From NCBI GenBank assembly GCA_964016885.1, contig OZ024747.1, forward strand, positions 9,238,001 through 9,302,000: a DNA stretch of 64,000 nt. Direction: 5' to 3'. Below the pieces are notes generated by a model, which saw nothing but the letters and a program-made list of their open reading frames with translations, searched no databases and was not told the DNA's origin. Position numbers and translations under genes: made by a program. This DNA is from Eledone cirrhosa. Its lineage: Eukaryota. Positions 1 through 13,380 of the stretch are shown here, in pieces; positions within the stretch are counted from its first letter, which is position 1, and each line of letters begins with the position of its first letter.

Positions 1-114
1 GTAGTGGTGGTGGTGGTGGTGGTAGTGATGGTGGTGGTGGTGGTGGTGGTGGTTGTGTTAATATTGGTGATATTGCTGTTATTGTTGTAGTTAGCTGTTG
101 TGCAATGATGTTGC

Positions 115-154
<40 letters not shown>

Positions 155-484
155 GCAGATATTGTTGTTGCAGATATTGTTGTTGTTGCTGTTATTGTTG
201 TTGTTGCTGTTATCGTTGTTGTTTAGCCCCAGACCAGTTCTGATAGAACAAATCAATAATCAATAATGGTCTTTGTTGAGAGGCAGAAACAATGAAATGT
301 TGCAGTATTCAGTTTAGTTTCTTAACGTAGAGAGTTCCGAGTTCAAATCCCTGAAAGGTTCACTCTGTACTTTGTACTATCCTTCCAAATAAAATAACAA
401 GCTTAATAGTACAAGGGAAATACTGTGAGGACTGGATCGGATACGTCCCCGAAATTCCTGGCCTTGAACCAATTAGAAATCAAT

Positions 485-559
<75 letters not shown>

Positions 560-762
560 TTGATGAGGATGATCCGCATCATCATCATTAACATAATCAT
601 CACCGCCGCCGCCGCCATCTTCCTCCTCCTTCCTCTCCAATTCACTTCCTTTCCTCCTCCTCCTCCTCCTCCTCCTCCTCCTCCTCCTCCTCATCATCAT
701 CATCATCATCATCATCTTCGTTTTTAATAAGATTTTTTCTCACGATCACCAGTTACGAGACA

Positions 763-1099
<337 letters not shown>

Positions 1100-1108
1100 C
1101 ACACATAC

Positions 1109-1140
<32 letters not shown>

Positions 1141-1241
1141 TTATCCCCACACACATATACATATATATATATATATATATACATACATATATCTATCTAT
1201 CTATATACATATATATATATATATATACATACATATATCTA

Positions 1242-1283
<42 letters not shown>

Positions 1284-1325
1284 TTAGAGAGCTACGTTTC
1301 ACTTTTAAATCTAGTAATCAACAAA

Positions 1326-1505
<180 letters not shown>

Positions 1506-1517
1506 TATATATATATA

Positions 1518-1554
<37 letters not shown>

Positions 1555-1702
1555 TCGGTATAGATGCTTTCACCCATAATTGGAAATGTTAGCTTTTACT
1601 CAATTTTGCTGTCTGAAGAAATCACGATATCTATTGCCATGGAAATATGTATAACGGCTCAATTAATAAAATACTCTAACATCCACAACATCACTTTTTC
1701 CT

Positions 1703-1768
<66 letters not shown>

Positions 1769-1807
1769 ATAATATTAATAAATGTAAAATATCTTTATAA
1801 AACCATA

Positions 1808-1870
1808 TTTATTTTATTATACGTATTTCAAGGGTACTAATATTTTAGTACGCTTTCGTCAGATAAAATA
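1808..1870 (-). ncRNA. Hammerhead ribozyme, family C (long stem II)
   Basis: Minus strand TATTTTAT-CTGACGA-AAG C GTACTAA AATA TTAGTAC C CTT-GAAA-TACGTA-TAATAAAATA. Palindromic TACGTA stem III and GUA triplet. Confidence 0.7.
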
Positions 1871-1959
1871 TAATATTTGGTGTTAAGATAGTGACATATA
1901 TTCATGTGAACTTAATGTTAAAAGTTCATTCAAGATAGTCATATATATATATATATATA

Positions 1960-2341
<382 letters not shown>

Positions 2342-2366
2342 AAAGTATATTATTGAGTTAGAAACT

Positions 2367-2548
2367 GCGGTGGATTGGCAGTATCGGTAGAGGGTCGGAC
2401 GCCATGCTTTCAGCATAGTTACGTCCCTTTACGATCTGAGTTCAAATCCCGCCGAGGTTGACTTTGCCTTTCATCCTTACGGGGTCGATAAAATAAAGTA
2501 CCAGTAATGCACTGGGTAATTGCTGGCCTTGTGCCTAAAGTAGAAACA
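2367..2548 (+). mobile_element. tRNA-derived SINE (Meta/MESC-like core) with 18-bp TSD
   Basis: A box TGGCAGTATCGG, B box GAGTTCAAATCC, core gcctttcatccttacggggtcgataaaat. TSD attattgagttagaaact at 2349-2366 and 2549-2566. Confidence 0.85.
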
Positions 2549-3018
2549 ATTATTGAGTTAGAAACTCAAAATAGTCTCTTACAATTAAATAGCTCAAGGA
2601 AAACAACATATATATATATATTTATATCTGTGTTTATCTCTCTTTATTATATTGAATTATATATATACATAGGTAATAGTTTGCATGTATAAAACGTCTC
2701 TAGCACAAACCAAGGCTGCTCTTTAAAGACTGCTTAATATCCTCTTTGAAAACATTAGAAATAAATAAGGCCAACAGGAAAAGGAATGGGTTTTATGGCC
2801 ATTAATGGAGAAGACGGTTACAGGATCGTGTGGATATTAATGAAAAAACCCCCACACATTTCTTATGTTTAAACAACAGACCCTAAAGTGACTCCAACTA
2901 TACTGCTGCTACACTAGGAAATAAAAGACAGGATGGTCATGGATGGAACTCGCTTCATCATACGTCTGCTACACAAGGGCTGACCGAGAGCTAAGTTAGC
3001 AAGATCGACAAGAATAAC

Positions 3019-3207
3019 TATTTCTACTTTTGGCACAAGGCCAGCAATTACTCCAGTGCATTACTGGTACTTTATTTTATTGACCTCGTAAGGATGAAAG
3101 GCAAAGTTTACCTCGGCGGGATTTGAACTCAGACCGTAAAGGGGCGTAACTCGATGCTGAAAAGCATGACGTCTGACACTCTACTGATACTGCCAATCCC
3201 CCGCCCT
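3019..3207 (-). mobile_element. Same SINE family with 18-bp TSD
   Basis: Reverse-complement copy. TSD aagatcgacaagaataac at 3001-3018 and 3208-3225. Confidence 0.85.
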
Positions 3208-3873
3208 AAGATCGACAAGAATAACGACAACTATTTAACAGGAAAGCTACTTCCGGCCATTGCTAATAATCTCATAACGAGGCTAGTGTAAAACGGATGA
3301 CTATTTCTATATTTCTATTTTTGTTTGTTGTTTATTAAATTAATGAATTAATTAATTAGTCATTAAACTGGATTGTGAGGTATTTATATGTATTTATTTA
3401 CTTCCTCGGTGTCTTCAAAGAGGGGAACTTAAATTGGGGATGGTCCGGTAATTTGGGAGAGGATGCAGCACACACACACACATATATATATATGTATATA
3501 GACACATACACATAGAAAGACACACATACACGCATATATACACACATAAACACACACATACATACACATATATATATAGACACATACACATACAAACACA
3601 CACATACACACATATATAGACATATATACACACATATATAGACACATACACACACACACACATATATATAATCCATGCACACATACTGACACATACACAT
3701 ATATACATGCACACACACAGACACATACACATATATGCATGCACACATACAGACACATACACACATATATACATGCACACATATAGGCGCATACATATAT
3801 ATATACACGCACACATATAGACACATACACATATATACATGCACACATACTGATACATACACATATATACATG

Positions 3874-3915
<42 letters not shown>

Positions 3916-4020
3916 CATGTACACATACAGACATATGCATGTGTGTGTGTGTGTGTGTGTATATATGTTTGTAATTATATCTATTCAGTTTCTTACAACA
4001 TAAATCACATCTCCCTTGTG

Positions 4021-4090
<70 letters not shown>

Positions 4091-4224
4091 AAGTATATAT
4101 ATATATATATACATGTTCAGACCCAGTAAAGCTGGTAGTCCACAAGGGAGATGTGATTTATGTTGTAAGAAACTGAATAGATATAATTACAAACATACAT
4201 ATATATATATATTTTTTTTTTTGG

Positions 4225-4437
4225 AGTCGATCGACTTTCGTCAAATCGGACCGAGGAAACAATGTTTCCATCGGTCTTTCCAGTTGCTAGTACAATCTAT
4301 CGGTCGCAACTCCAGGTAGAAGGAGCAACGTGAAATAAAATGTCTTGCTCAAGGACATAACGCATCACCCGGTCCAGGACTCGAACTCACAACCTCAAGA
4401 TTGTGAATCCAATTCTCTAACCACTCAGCCACACGCC

Positions 4438-4440
<3 letters not shown>
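4225..4440 (-). mobile_element. Second tRNA-derived SINE family (CORE-like)
   Basis: Minus strand ggcgtgtggctgagtggttag...gagttcgagtcc...tgtccttgagcaagaca. A second copy lies at 37137-37320. Confidence 0.75.
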
Positions 4441-4521
<81 letters not shown>

Positions 4522-4759
4522 TAATTTAATATATCAACTAACATAAGCGCACAGATGCACGCCCATGCTAGCAAATACACAGGTTATGTCATAGTACCTA
4601 GGTGGTTCAATGCAGGAGAATGCAGAACAATAATATAAAAGACGTAAAATAAGAAAATATTTTTTTAAAAAAAATAAAAAAAAAAAAAAAATTTTTAAAT
4701 TTAAGTAAGTAAAAAAAAAAAAAAAAAAAAAAAAAATATATATATTTTCTTATTTTACG

Positions 4760-4853
<94 letters not shown>

Positions 4854-4863
4854 CTATATATAT

Positions 4864-5034
4864 CTAAGGCGGGTAAAATTCCAGAGATCCATGGACGAGT
4901 TCTCTCCAGCGGTCTCTGTCCCTCATTATCGCTGCCATGTCCTGCATCTCCAACAGACCAGTGTCTGTCCTTAGGGCATCAACATACGTTAACCTTGGTC
5001 TTCCTCTTCTAGTGTGTCCATGTAGGGGCTCCCA
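4864..5034 (-). pseudogene. RTE-like LINE 3' fragment
   Basis: WEPLHGHTRRGRPRLTYVD...DRDRWR; near-identical to 33800-33969. Confidence 0.75.
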
Positions 5035-5306
5035 CATATATATATATATATAGTAATAATAATAAATTTGAAGACTAAAATAAATATATATATATATAGT
5101 CAAACTTTTCCCTGAGTCGGGTTTTTTCGTCGTTCTGGTCCTAGCGGAGAGTTTTTCGGTCGCTGGCTTCAATTTGCATAGCTGTTTAAACGTAATGTTA
5201 TAACTCTAAGGTAAAATTCCTTATTGAGTGCTTTTGATGCACTTCCCGACAGCATTCGTTAGCTTGCCCGCAACCAGAGCTCCGATTATGCTGTACTACT
5301 TTCTTG

Positions 5307-5342
<36 letters not shown>

Positions 5343-5343
5343 T

Positions 5344-5396
5344 GAGATTCTACAGGACTAGAACTGTTTCATTCTTTAGAAATCATCAGGAATCTC
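5344..5396 (-). ncRNA. Type I hammerhead ribozyme, family A
   Basis: Minus strand reads GAGATTC-CTGATGA-T TTC TAAA GAA T-GAAACAG-TTCTAGTC-CTGTA-GAATCTC: perfect 7-bp stem I, intact core, stem III ACAG/CTGT and a GUA cleavage triplet. Flanked by (TA)n. Confidence 0.85.
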
Positions 5397-5503
<107 letters not shown>

Positions 5504-5513
5504 TATATATATG

Positions 5514-5544
<31 letters not shown>

Positions 5545-5587
5545 GTATATATATATATTTATATATATATGTATATATATATATATG

Positions 5588-5632
<45 letters not shown>

Positions 5633-5689
5633 TTATATATATATATACAATTTATTAACAAATGGAAACTATATTTATAAAACCATATT

Positions 5690-5745
5690 TATTTCATTAT
5701 ACATATTTCAAGGCAAACTATGGTGCGCTTTCATCAGATAAAATA
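5690..5745 (-). ncRNA. Family C hammerhead with a damaged stem II
   Basis: Minus strand CTGATGA-AAGCGCACC...CCTT-GAAATATGTA. Flanks are homologous to 38955-39130 and 1770-1875. Confidence 0.55.
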
Positions 5746-5884
5746 TAATATAGGTTAGTTTTATAAATAAATATTGACATACCCTGGAAAAATGCAACCA
5801 TTCTGGTTAGAATCTCCTAACAAATTAAATATAACCTCTACATATATATATATGTATATATATATATGTTTATATGTATGTATG

Positions 5885-5957
<73 letters not shown>

Positions 5958-5998
5958 AGAGGTTATATCTAATTTGTTGGGATTCAACAAGCTTAAAA

Positions 5999-6050
<52 letters not shown>

Positions 6051-6057
6051 ATATATA

Positions 6058-6169
<112 letters not shown>

Positions 6170-6196
6170 TAGATAGATATACATATATATATATAT

Positions 6197-6259
6197 ATTT
6201 ATCTGACGAGGACGTACTGAAAAAAAACGACACAGTACCTTCGAAATATATATAATAAA
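6197..6259 (+). ncRNA. Family C hammerhead
   Basis: TTTAT-CTGACGA-GGA C GTACTG [13 nt] CAGTAC C TTC-GAAA-TATATA-TAATAAA. Confidence 0.65.
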
Positions 6260-6304
6260 GCATATATTTTGATTATGTGAATATCTTCACTTGTTAATAT
6301 TTTG

Positions 6305-6438
<134 letters not shown>

Positions 6439-6735
6439 ATGTGTGTATGTGTGTGTGTGCATATATATATATAAGGAAGTTGCAATGTAATAACCAAAAT
6501 ATGCGCTGACTTTCATAGCTAATATTATTCGTGCTACAGGATATGTACCAACCCGCCTCGACCAAAGTATGACTGAACTTGGATTCTTGGAAAAAGAACG
6601 CAGCTCCTTAATTCATAATCTACTAAAATCTAGGATATCTGGAACCTTTAATATCTGTAAAACATTCTTACCGTTCAAATGATGAACTATTTCACAAGGA
6701 ACGACAGAAATTTCCATTTTTATACAATATATATA

Positions 6736-7060
6736 ATTAGAATTTAGCTTCGAGCATAGGTGTATACAGATACGTATTGGAATTTCGTATTTCTAAAGAA
6801 ATACGGTATGTTTATAAATAAACATTTAGAAAGCCGTAGTTATACAAAGACACTGGCGATGAGGACCAGTTTAATTCAAAATGCATCGCCGATTGTCCCC
6901 CTTGCTTCTGCTGGACACCACCAGGTGGCGATAGCCGCCGGTGTTTTTGCATAGCTACGGCTTTCTAAATGTTTATTTATAAACATACCGTATTTCTTTA
7001 GAAATACGAAATTCCAATACTTATCTGTATACAGCTATGATGCTCGAAGCTAAATTCTAA
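6736..7060. mobile_element. MITE-like element with ~120-bp terminal inverted repeats
   Basis: tagaatttagcttcgagcat...gaaagccgtag is mirrored by ctacggctttc...atgctcgaagctaaattcta. Confidence 0.75.
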
Positions 7061-7061
7061 T

Positions 7062-7111
<50 letters not shown>

Positions 7112-7114
<3 letters not shown>

Positions 7115-7571
7115 TAAGAAGGTCATGAATTACACCACATGATTTTGTATTGAACATTTTGAAAGTAGATTTATAAGTATGAATTTTTAGTATATTTTCG
7201 TAGCTGTCTCAGTGGCCTACCGGTTGCCACTAGAGACAGTGGAGATCCTGGTCTTGGGTTCAATCCTGGTCAAGAGGTACATGTAATTTATCTCGGCGTC
7301 CTAGTTGGGAGAATCATAGACGGTGGTAATCTGGAGCAGGGTTCCCGTTAAACCTTCTCAGTTTTTTTCTTCTATGGGATGTAAAATAAACACAGAAAAA
7401 GATTACATGTACCTCTCGACCCTGATTGAACCCAAAACCAGGATCTCCACCATCTCTAGTACCTACCGCTTCGCCACTGAGACAGCTACGAAAGTCTACT
7501 GAAAATTCATACTTATAAACCTACTTTCAAAATGTTCGTTACAAAATCATGTGGTGTCATTCATGTCTTTC

Positions 7572-7576
<5 letters not shown>
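7112..7576. mobile_element. Fold-back/MITE-like element whose ~175-bp arms each contain a tRNA-derived segment
   Basis: 7112-7288 and 7402-7576 are reverse complements. B box GGTTCAATCC at 7257-7266; A box TGGCGAAGCGG on the minus strand at 7466-7476. TA flanks. Confidence 0.75.
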
Positions 7577-7631
<55 letters not shown>

Positions 7632-7917
7632 CGTGCGTGTGTGTGTGTGTGTGTGAATGAGTATGAGTAAGTATGGGTATGTGTGTGTGACTGTTTGTGA
7701 GTACGAGTGTAAGTGTAAATGTGTGAGTGTGTGTGTATGTATATGTGCGTGTGCGTGTGTGTGAATGTGTGAGTGTGTGTGTGTATGTTTGTGTGGGTGT
7801 GTGTGTAGAGTTTCAAAGGAAACATCCATACACAGGAAATAGTATTTCATTTAACCTTGATATATAATCCAATAGCTTTCATATTGGTAAACTATGGTAA
7901 CGTCAGATCTGTATATA

Positions 7918-7958
<41 letters not shown>

Positions 7959-8165
7959 ATATATGTATAACACACACACACATGCACATACACACACTCA
8001 CAGTGATATATATGTGTATGTACATGCTATATATATGCTGACGGCAAAAATAAACATCTAATATTAAAGTTTTTCAGCCGAGATTCTCTGTTGCTAGCAC
8101 ATGCGCACATTACCACTTCCCAGATAAAGCTACTATCAATGACGCTGTCCTATGATCATGTGCTT

Positions 8166-8218
<53 letters not shown>

Positions 8219-8219
8219 C

Positions 8220-8252
<33 letters not shown>

Positions 8253-8350
8253 TACATACATATATATACGTTATTCCGGGTTGAATCGGAGGTAACCACA
8301 GTAAGTAAGGTACTCAATACATTGCAGAGTATAAAAGTTTTAATATAGAT

Positions 8351-8403
8351 GAGATTCTACAGGACTAGAACTGTTTCATTCTTTAGAAATCATCAGGAAT
8401 CTC
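8351..8403 (-). ncRNA. Type I hammerhead ribozyme, family A
   Basis: Same sequence as 5344-5396. Left arm of a head-to-head pair. Confidence 0.85.
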
Positions 8404-8404
8404 T

Positions 8405-8457
8405 GGGATTCCTGATGATTTCTAAAGAATGAAACAGTTCTAGTCGTGTAGAATCTC
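8405..8457 (+). ncRNA. Type I hammerhead ribozyme, family A (inverted partner)
   Basis: GGGATTC-CTGATGA-TTTCTAAAGAAT-GAAACAG-TTCTAGTC-GTGTA-GAATCTC. One stem III mismatch and a G-U pair in stem I. Confidence 0.8.
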
Positions 8458-8652
8458 ATCTATATTAAAACTATATATATATATATATATATATATCCCC
8501 TTTGTTCTACAGGCCAGTTTAGCCCCGCCTCTCCCGGCGCTATCAAGAAATTTAACCATGTACATGACATCTCCAAATCATTGACCACCCCCCGTAACAG
8601 ATAAGAAAAACAACAAATTTTTAGAATTGTTTGATTTGACTGCATGGACTAT

Positions 8653-8748
8653 ACCCCTTGATAAGTTCAGCTAGGTCCCTGCCGTCCTAATACTGGTGGG
8701 TTAGTTCGGATCTAGCTGTCGGAACGGCTGGAGCTCAGCCGTCGGGGT
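8653..8748 (+). pseudogene. Decayed full-length hammerhead, family D
   Basis: ACCCC-TTGATAA (vs CTGATGA)-11-bp stem II CAGCTAGGTCC/GGATCTAGCTG-GGAAC (vs GAAAC)-GGC TGGAGCTCA GCC-GTC-GGGGT. Confidence 0.6.
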
Positions 8749-8761
8749 CATAACTCTTTCC

Positions 8762-8819
<58 letters not shown>

Positions 8820-8902
8820 AAGGTAAACAGAAATAACAACACAATCGGTACAGTATATGGAAGGGATATATTAGGTTAACGCTTGATATAGCAAGAAGAG
8901 GG

Positions 8903-8938
8903 TTTTAACGTTTCGGACGCTAGTTCTTCATCAGAAGA
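8903..8938 (-). ncRNA. Minimal hammerhead ribozyme, family B
   Basis: Minus strand TCTT-CTGATGA-A-GAAC TAGC GTCC-GAAACGTT-AAAA. The surrounding 8815-8950 is homologous to 19820-19940. Confidence 0.65.
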
Positions 8939-8978
8939 AAGAATGAGAAGTAAGATAGATTGAGGGGACGGGCGGGAT

Positions 8979-9021
<43 letters not shown>

Positions 9022-9577
9022 TATTTTTATATTCATCTATATAGGAAATTAGATGCACCTAATAACTTTTTTATATACACATGCACATTTACAGTATACA
9101 CCAAAAGAAATTAGTTCATACAAAATAAATAAATTTTATGTAAAAAGTGGGGTTTTCAGAACAGAAATAATCATGGTTGTGTCTAATTTGTTTTTCTGCA
9201 TTAATCGGTTTCAGCTATGGATATCTTTTCAAAGTTTCATGTTCAATGTTATATTTGTGGTGGGGTTGCGGATTCTTCAACACGTGTTGTTTTGTGCCGA
9301 TTACGTCATTTCTAACACAAGGCATGCAACTGGTTATATTCTAAATTCATCTCTATAAGTTTGAGAGGATTGTTCATAGAATTTGACAAGAATATTCCAC
9401 CAGTTTTCTTACATATTACGGAGAAGTATGCTTTCTACATCAACATAACTTCTTACATTTTTGTCTTCAGTACTATCATTTCTATGCATTGCATTGTATA
9501 ATATTTCAGCCACCATATCATGCCTCATATATATTTATATATATATGTATATATATATATGTGTGTGTGTGTATGTA

Positions 9578-9619
<42 letters not shown>

Positions 9620-9626
9620 TGTGTGT

Positions 9627-9671
<45 letters not shown>

Positions 9672-9726
9672 TGTTTGTGTTGTGTTTGTGTTTGTGTTTG
9701 TGTGTGTGTGTGTATATATACACACA

Positions 9727-9779
<53 letters not shown>

Positions 9780-10061
9780 ATATATATGTGTATATATATA
9801 ATCTCAATGATATCTTCGGACAGTTGTTTATGATGTTTTAAATGTATTAATTCCATAATTTGCATCTGTTGTCGCTCATCAGTTATTTTTTTGGTATTTG
9901 TTATTCCAAGTGAGAGCTAATATTCAGGTCGTTGGCCCAAGACTGACAACTACTTGTTACTATCAGTTTTAAGCTGACAACATAACTACGTACAACCGTA
10001 TGTTTTAATGCATACATGTATACAGCTTTTCGTCTGAAGATATGTTGTGATTAAGCTGTGC

Positions 10062-13000
10062 AACTTCCTATAACGTGTACCTTTGGTAATAATTCAGGAA
10101 ACTTCACATAACGTGTATCTTTGGTAATAATTCAGGAAACTTCACATAACGTGTATCTTTGGTAATAATTCAGGAAACTTCACATAACGTGTATCTTTGG
10201 TAATAATTCAGGAAACTTCACATAATGTGTATCTTTGGTAATAATTCAGGAAACTTCACATAATGTGTATCTTTGGTAATAATTCAGGAAACTTCACATA
10301 ATGTGTATCTTTGGTAATAATTCAGGAAACTTCACATAACGTGTATCTTTTGTAATAATTCAGGAAACTTCACATAACGTGTATCTTTTGTAATAATTCA
10401 GGAAACTTCACATAATGTGTATCTTTGGTAATAATTCAGGAAACTGCACATAACGTGTATCTTTTGTAATAATTCAGGAAACTTCACATAACGTGTATCT
10501 TTGGTAATAATTCAGGAAACTTCACATAACGTGTATCTTTGGTAATAATTCAGGAAACTTCACATAACGTGTATCTTTTGTAATAATTCAGGAAACTTCA
10601 CATAATGTGTATCTTTGGTAATAATTCAGGAAACTTCACATAACGTGTATCTTTTGTAATAATTCAGGAAACTTCACATAATGTGTATCTTTGGTAATAA
10701 TTCAGGAAACTGCACATAACGTGTATCTTTTGTAATAATTCAGGAAACTTCACATAACGTGTATCTTTGGTAATAATTCAGGAAACTTCACATAACGTGT
10801 ATCTTTTGTAATAATTCAGGAAACTTCACATAATGTGTATCTTTGGTAATAATTCAGGAAACTTCACATAACGTGTATCTTTTGTAATAATTCAGGAAAC
10901 TTCACATAACGTGTATCTTTGGTAATAATTCAGGAAACTTCACATAACGTGTATCTTTTGTAATAATTCAGGAAACTTCACATAACGTGTATCTTTGGTA
11001 ATAATTCAGGAAACTTCACATAACGTGTATCTTTTGTAATAATTCAGGAAACTTCACATAACGTGTATCTTTGGTAATAATTCAGGAAACTTCCTATAAC
11101 GTGTATCTTTTGTAATAATTCAGGAAACTTCACATAACGTGTATCTTTTGTAATAATTCAGGAAACTTCACATAACGTGTATCTTTTGTAATAATTCAGG
11201 AAACTTCACATAACGTGTATCTTTGGTAATAATTCAGGAAACTTCCTATAACGTGTATCTTTTGTAATAATTCAGGAAACTTCACATAACGTGTATCTTT
11301 TGTAATAATTCAGGAAACTTCACATAACGTGTATCTTTTGTAATAATTCAGGAAACTTCACATAACGTGTATCTTTGGTAATAATTCAGGAAACTTCACA
11401 TAACGTGTATCTTTTGTAATAATTCAGGAAACTTCACATAACGTGTATCTTTGGTAATAATTCAGGAAACTTCACATAACGTGTATCTTTTGTAATAATT
11501 CAGGAAACTTCACATAACGTGTATCTTTGGTAATAATTCAGGAAACTTCCTATAACGTGTATCTTTTGTAATAATTCAGGAAACTTCACATAACGTGTAT
11601 CTTTTGTAATAATTCAGGAAACTTCACATAACGTGTATCTTTGGTAATAATTCAGGAAACTTCACATAACGTGTATCTTTTGTAATAATTCAGGAAACTT
11701 CACATAACGTGTATCTTTTGTAATAATTCAGCAAACTTCACATAACGTGTATCTTTGGTAATAATTCAGGAAACTTCACATAACGTGTATCTTTTGTAAT
11801 AATTAGGGAAACTTCACATAACGTGTATCTTTTATAATAATTCAGGAAACTTCACATAACGTGTATCTTTTGTAATAATTAGGGAAACTTCACATAACGT
11901 GTATCTTTTATAATAATTCAGGAAACTTCACATAACGTGTATCTTTGGTAATAATTCAGGAAACTTCACATAACGTGTATCTTTTATAATAATTCAGGAA
12001 ACTTCACATAACGTGTATCTTTTGTAATAATTCAGGAAACTTCACATAACGTGTATCTTTTATAATAATTCAGGAAACTTCACATAACGTGTATCTTTGG
12101 TAATAATTCAGGAAACTTCACATAACGTGTATCTTTTGTAATAATTCAGGAAACTTCACATAATGTGTATCTTTTGTAATAATTCAGGAAACTTCACATA
12201 ACGTGTATATTTGGTAATAATTCAGGAAACTTCACATAACGTGTATCTTTGGTAATAATTCAGGAAACTTCACATAACGTGTATCTTTGGTAATAATTCA
12301 GGAAACTTCACATAACGTGTATCTTTTGTAATAATTCAGGAAACTTCACATAACGTGTATCTTTTATAATAATTCAGGAAACTTCACATAACGTGTATCT
12401 TTTGTAATAATTCAGGAAACTTCACATAACGTGTATCTTTTATAATAATTCAGGAAACTTCACATAACGTGTATCTTTGGTAATAATTCAGGAAACTTCA
12501 CATAACGTGTATCTTTTGTAATAATTCAGGAAACTTCACATAACGTGTATCTTTTATAATAATTCAGGAAACTTCACATAACGTGTATCTTTTGTAATAA
12601 TTCAGGAAACTTCACATAACGTGTATCTTTTATAATAATTCAGGAAACTTCACATAACGTGTATCTTTGGTAATAATTCAGGAAACTTCACATAACGTGT
12701 ATCTTTTGTAATAATTCAGGAAACTTCACATAATGTGTATCTTTTGTAATAATTCAGGAAACTTCACATAACGTGTATCTTTGGTAATAATTCAGGAAAC
12801 TTCACATAACGTGTATCTTTTGTAATAATTCAGGAAACTTCACATAACGTGTATCTTTTGTAATAATTCAGGAAACTTCACATAACGTGTATCTTTTATA
12901 ATAATTCAGGAAACTTCACATAACGTGTATCTTTTGTAATAATTCAGGAAACTTCACATAACGTGTATCTTTTATAATAATTCAGGAAACTTCACATAAC

Positions 13001-13170
13001 GTGTATCTTTGGTAATAATTCAGGAAACTTCACATAACGTGTATCTTTTGTAATAATTCAGGAAACTTCACATAACGTGTATCTTTTGTAATAATTAGGG
13101 AAACTTCACATAACGTGTATCTTTTGTAATAATTAGGGAAACTTGACCTAATGTGTATCCTTAGTAATAA
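10062..13170. repeat. 38-bp tandem repeat, about 80 copies
   Basis: Unit acgtgtatcttt(g/t)(g/a)taataattcaggaaacttcacata; very homogeneous. Confidence 0.97.
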
Positions 13171-13174
13171 ATCA

Positions 13175-13380
13175 AAAGATATTTTTGAAGGACCTTCTTC
13201 CCAACTCTCATAATGTCGTCTGTATTATGCCTAATATTTACTCCGTGCTAGCAATTCGACAGTAAGTGGTTAACAGATGCTTTAAAAGGGTTATGATATG
13301 ACATTCAAAAGATGTTTCAATCGATGTTAAGCCTCTGCTTCCTTGATTTCGTTTGATGTAGAGGTAAGTCTATATCCCTG
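13175..13380 (+). pseudogene. Possible decayed Penelope-type RT fragment
   Basis: LISFDVEVSLY from 13343 resembles the RT motif SFDVxSLY; SKWLTDALK lies upstream. Weak. Confidence 0.35.

Noticed and set aside
4250-4277. GAAACAATGTTTC hairpin (also near 37163)
   Set aside because: No CTGANGA box; it is a stem-loop within the SINE body.
7206-7280. tRNA gene
   Set aside because: A/B-box-like motifs only; no clean cloverleaf, and it lies within a repeat arm.
10062-13170. CRISPR-like array of 38-bp repeats
   Set aside because: Units are contiguous with no spacers, there are no cas genes, and the context is eukaryotic.
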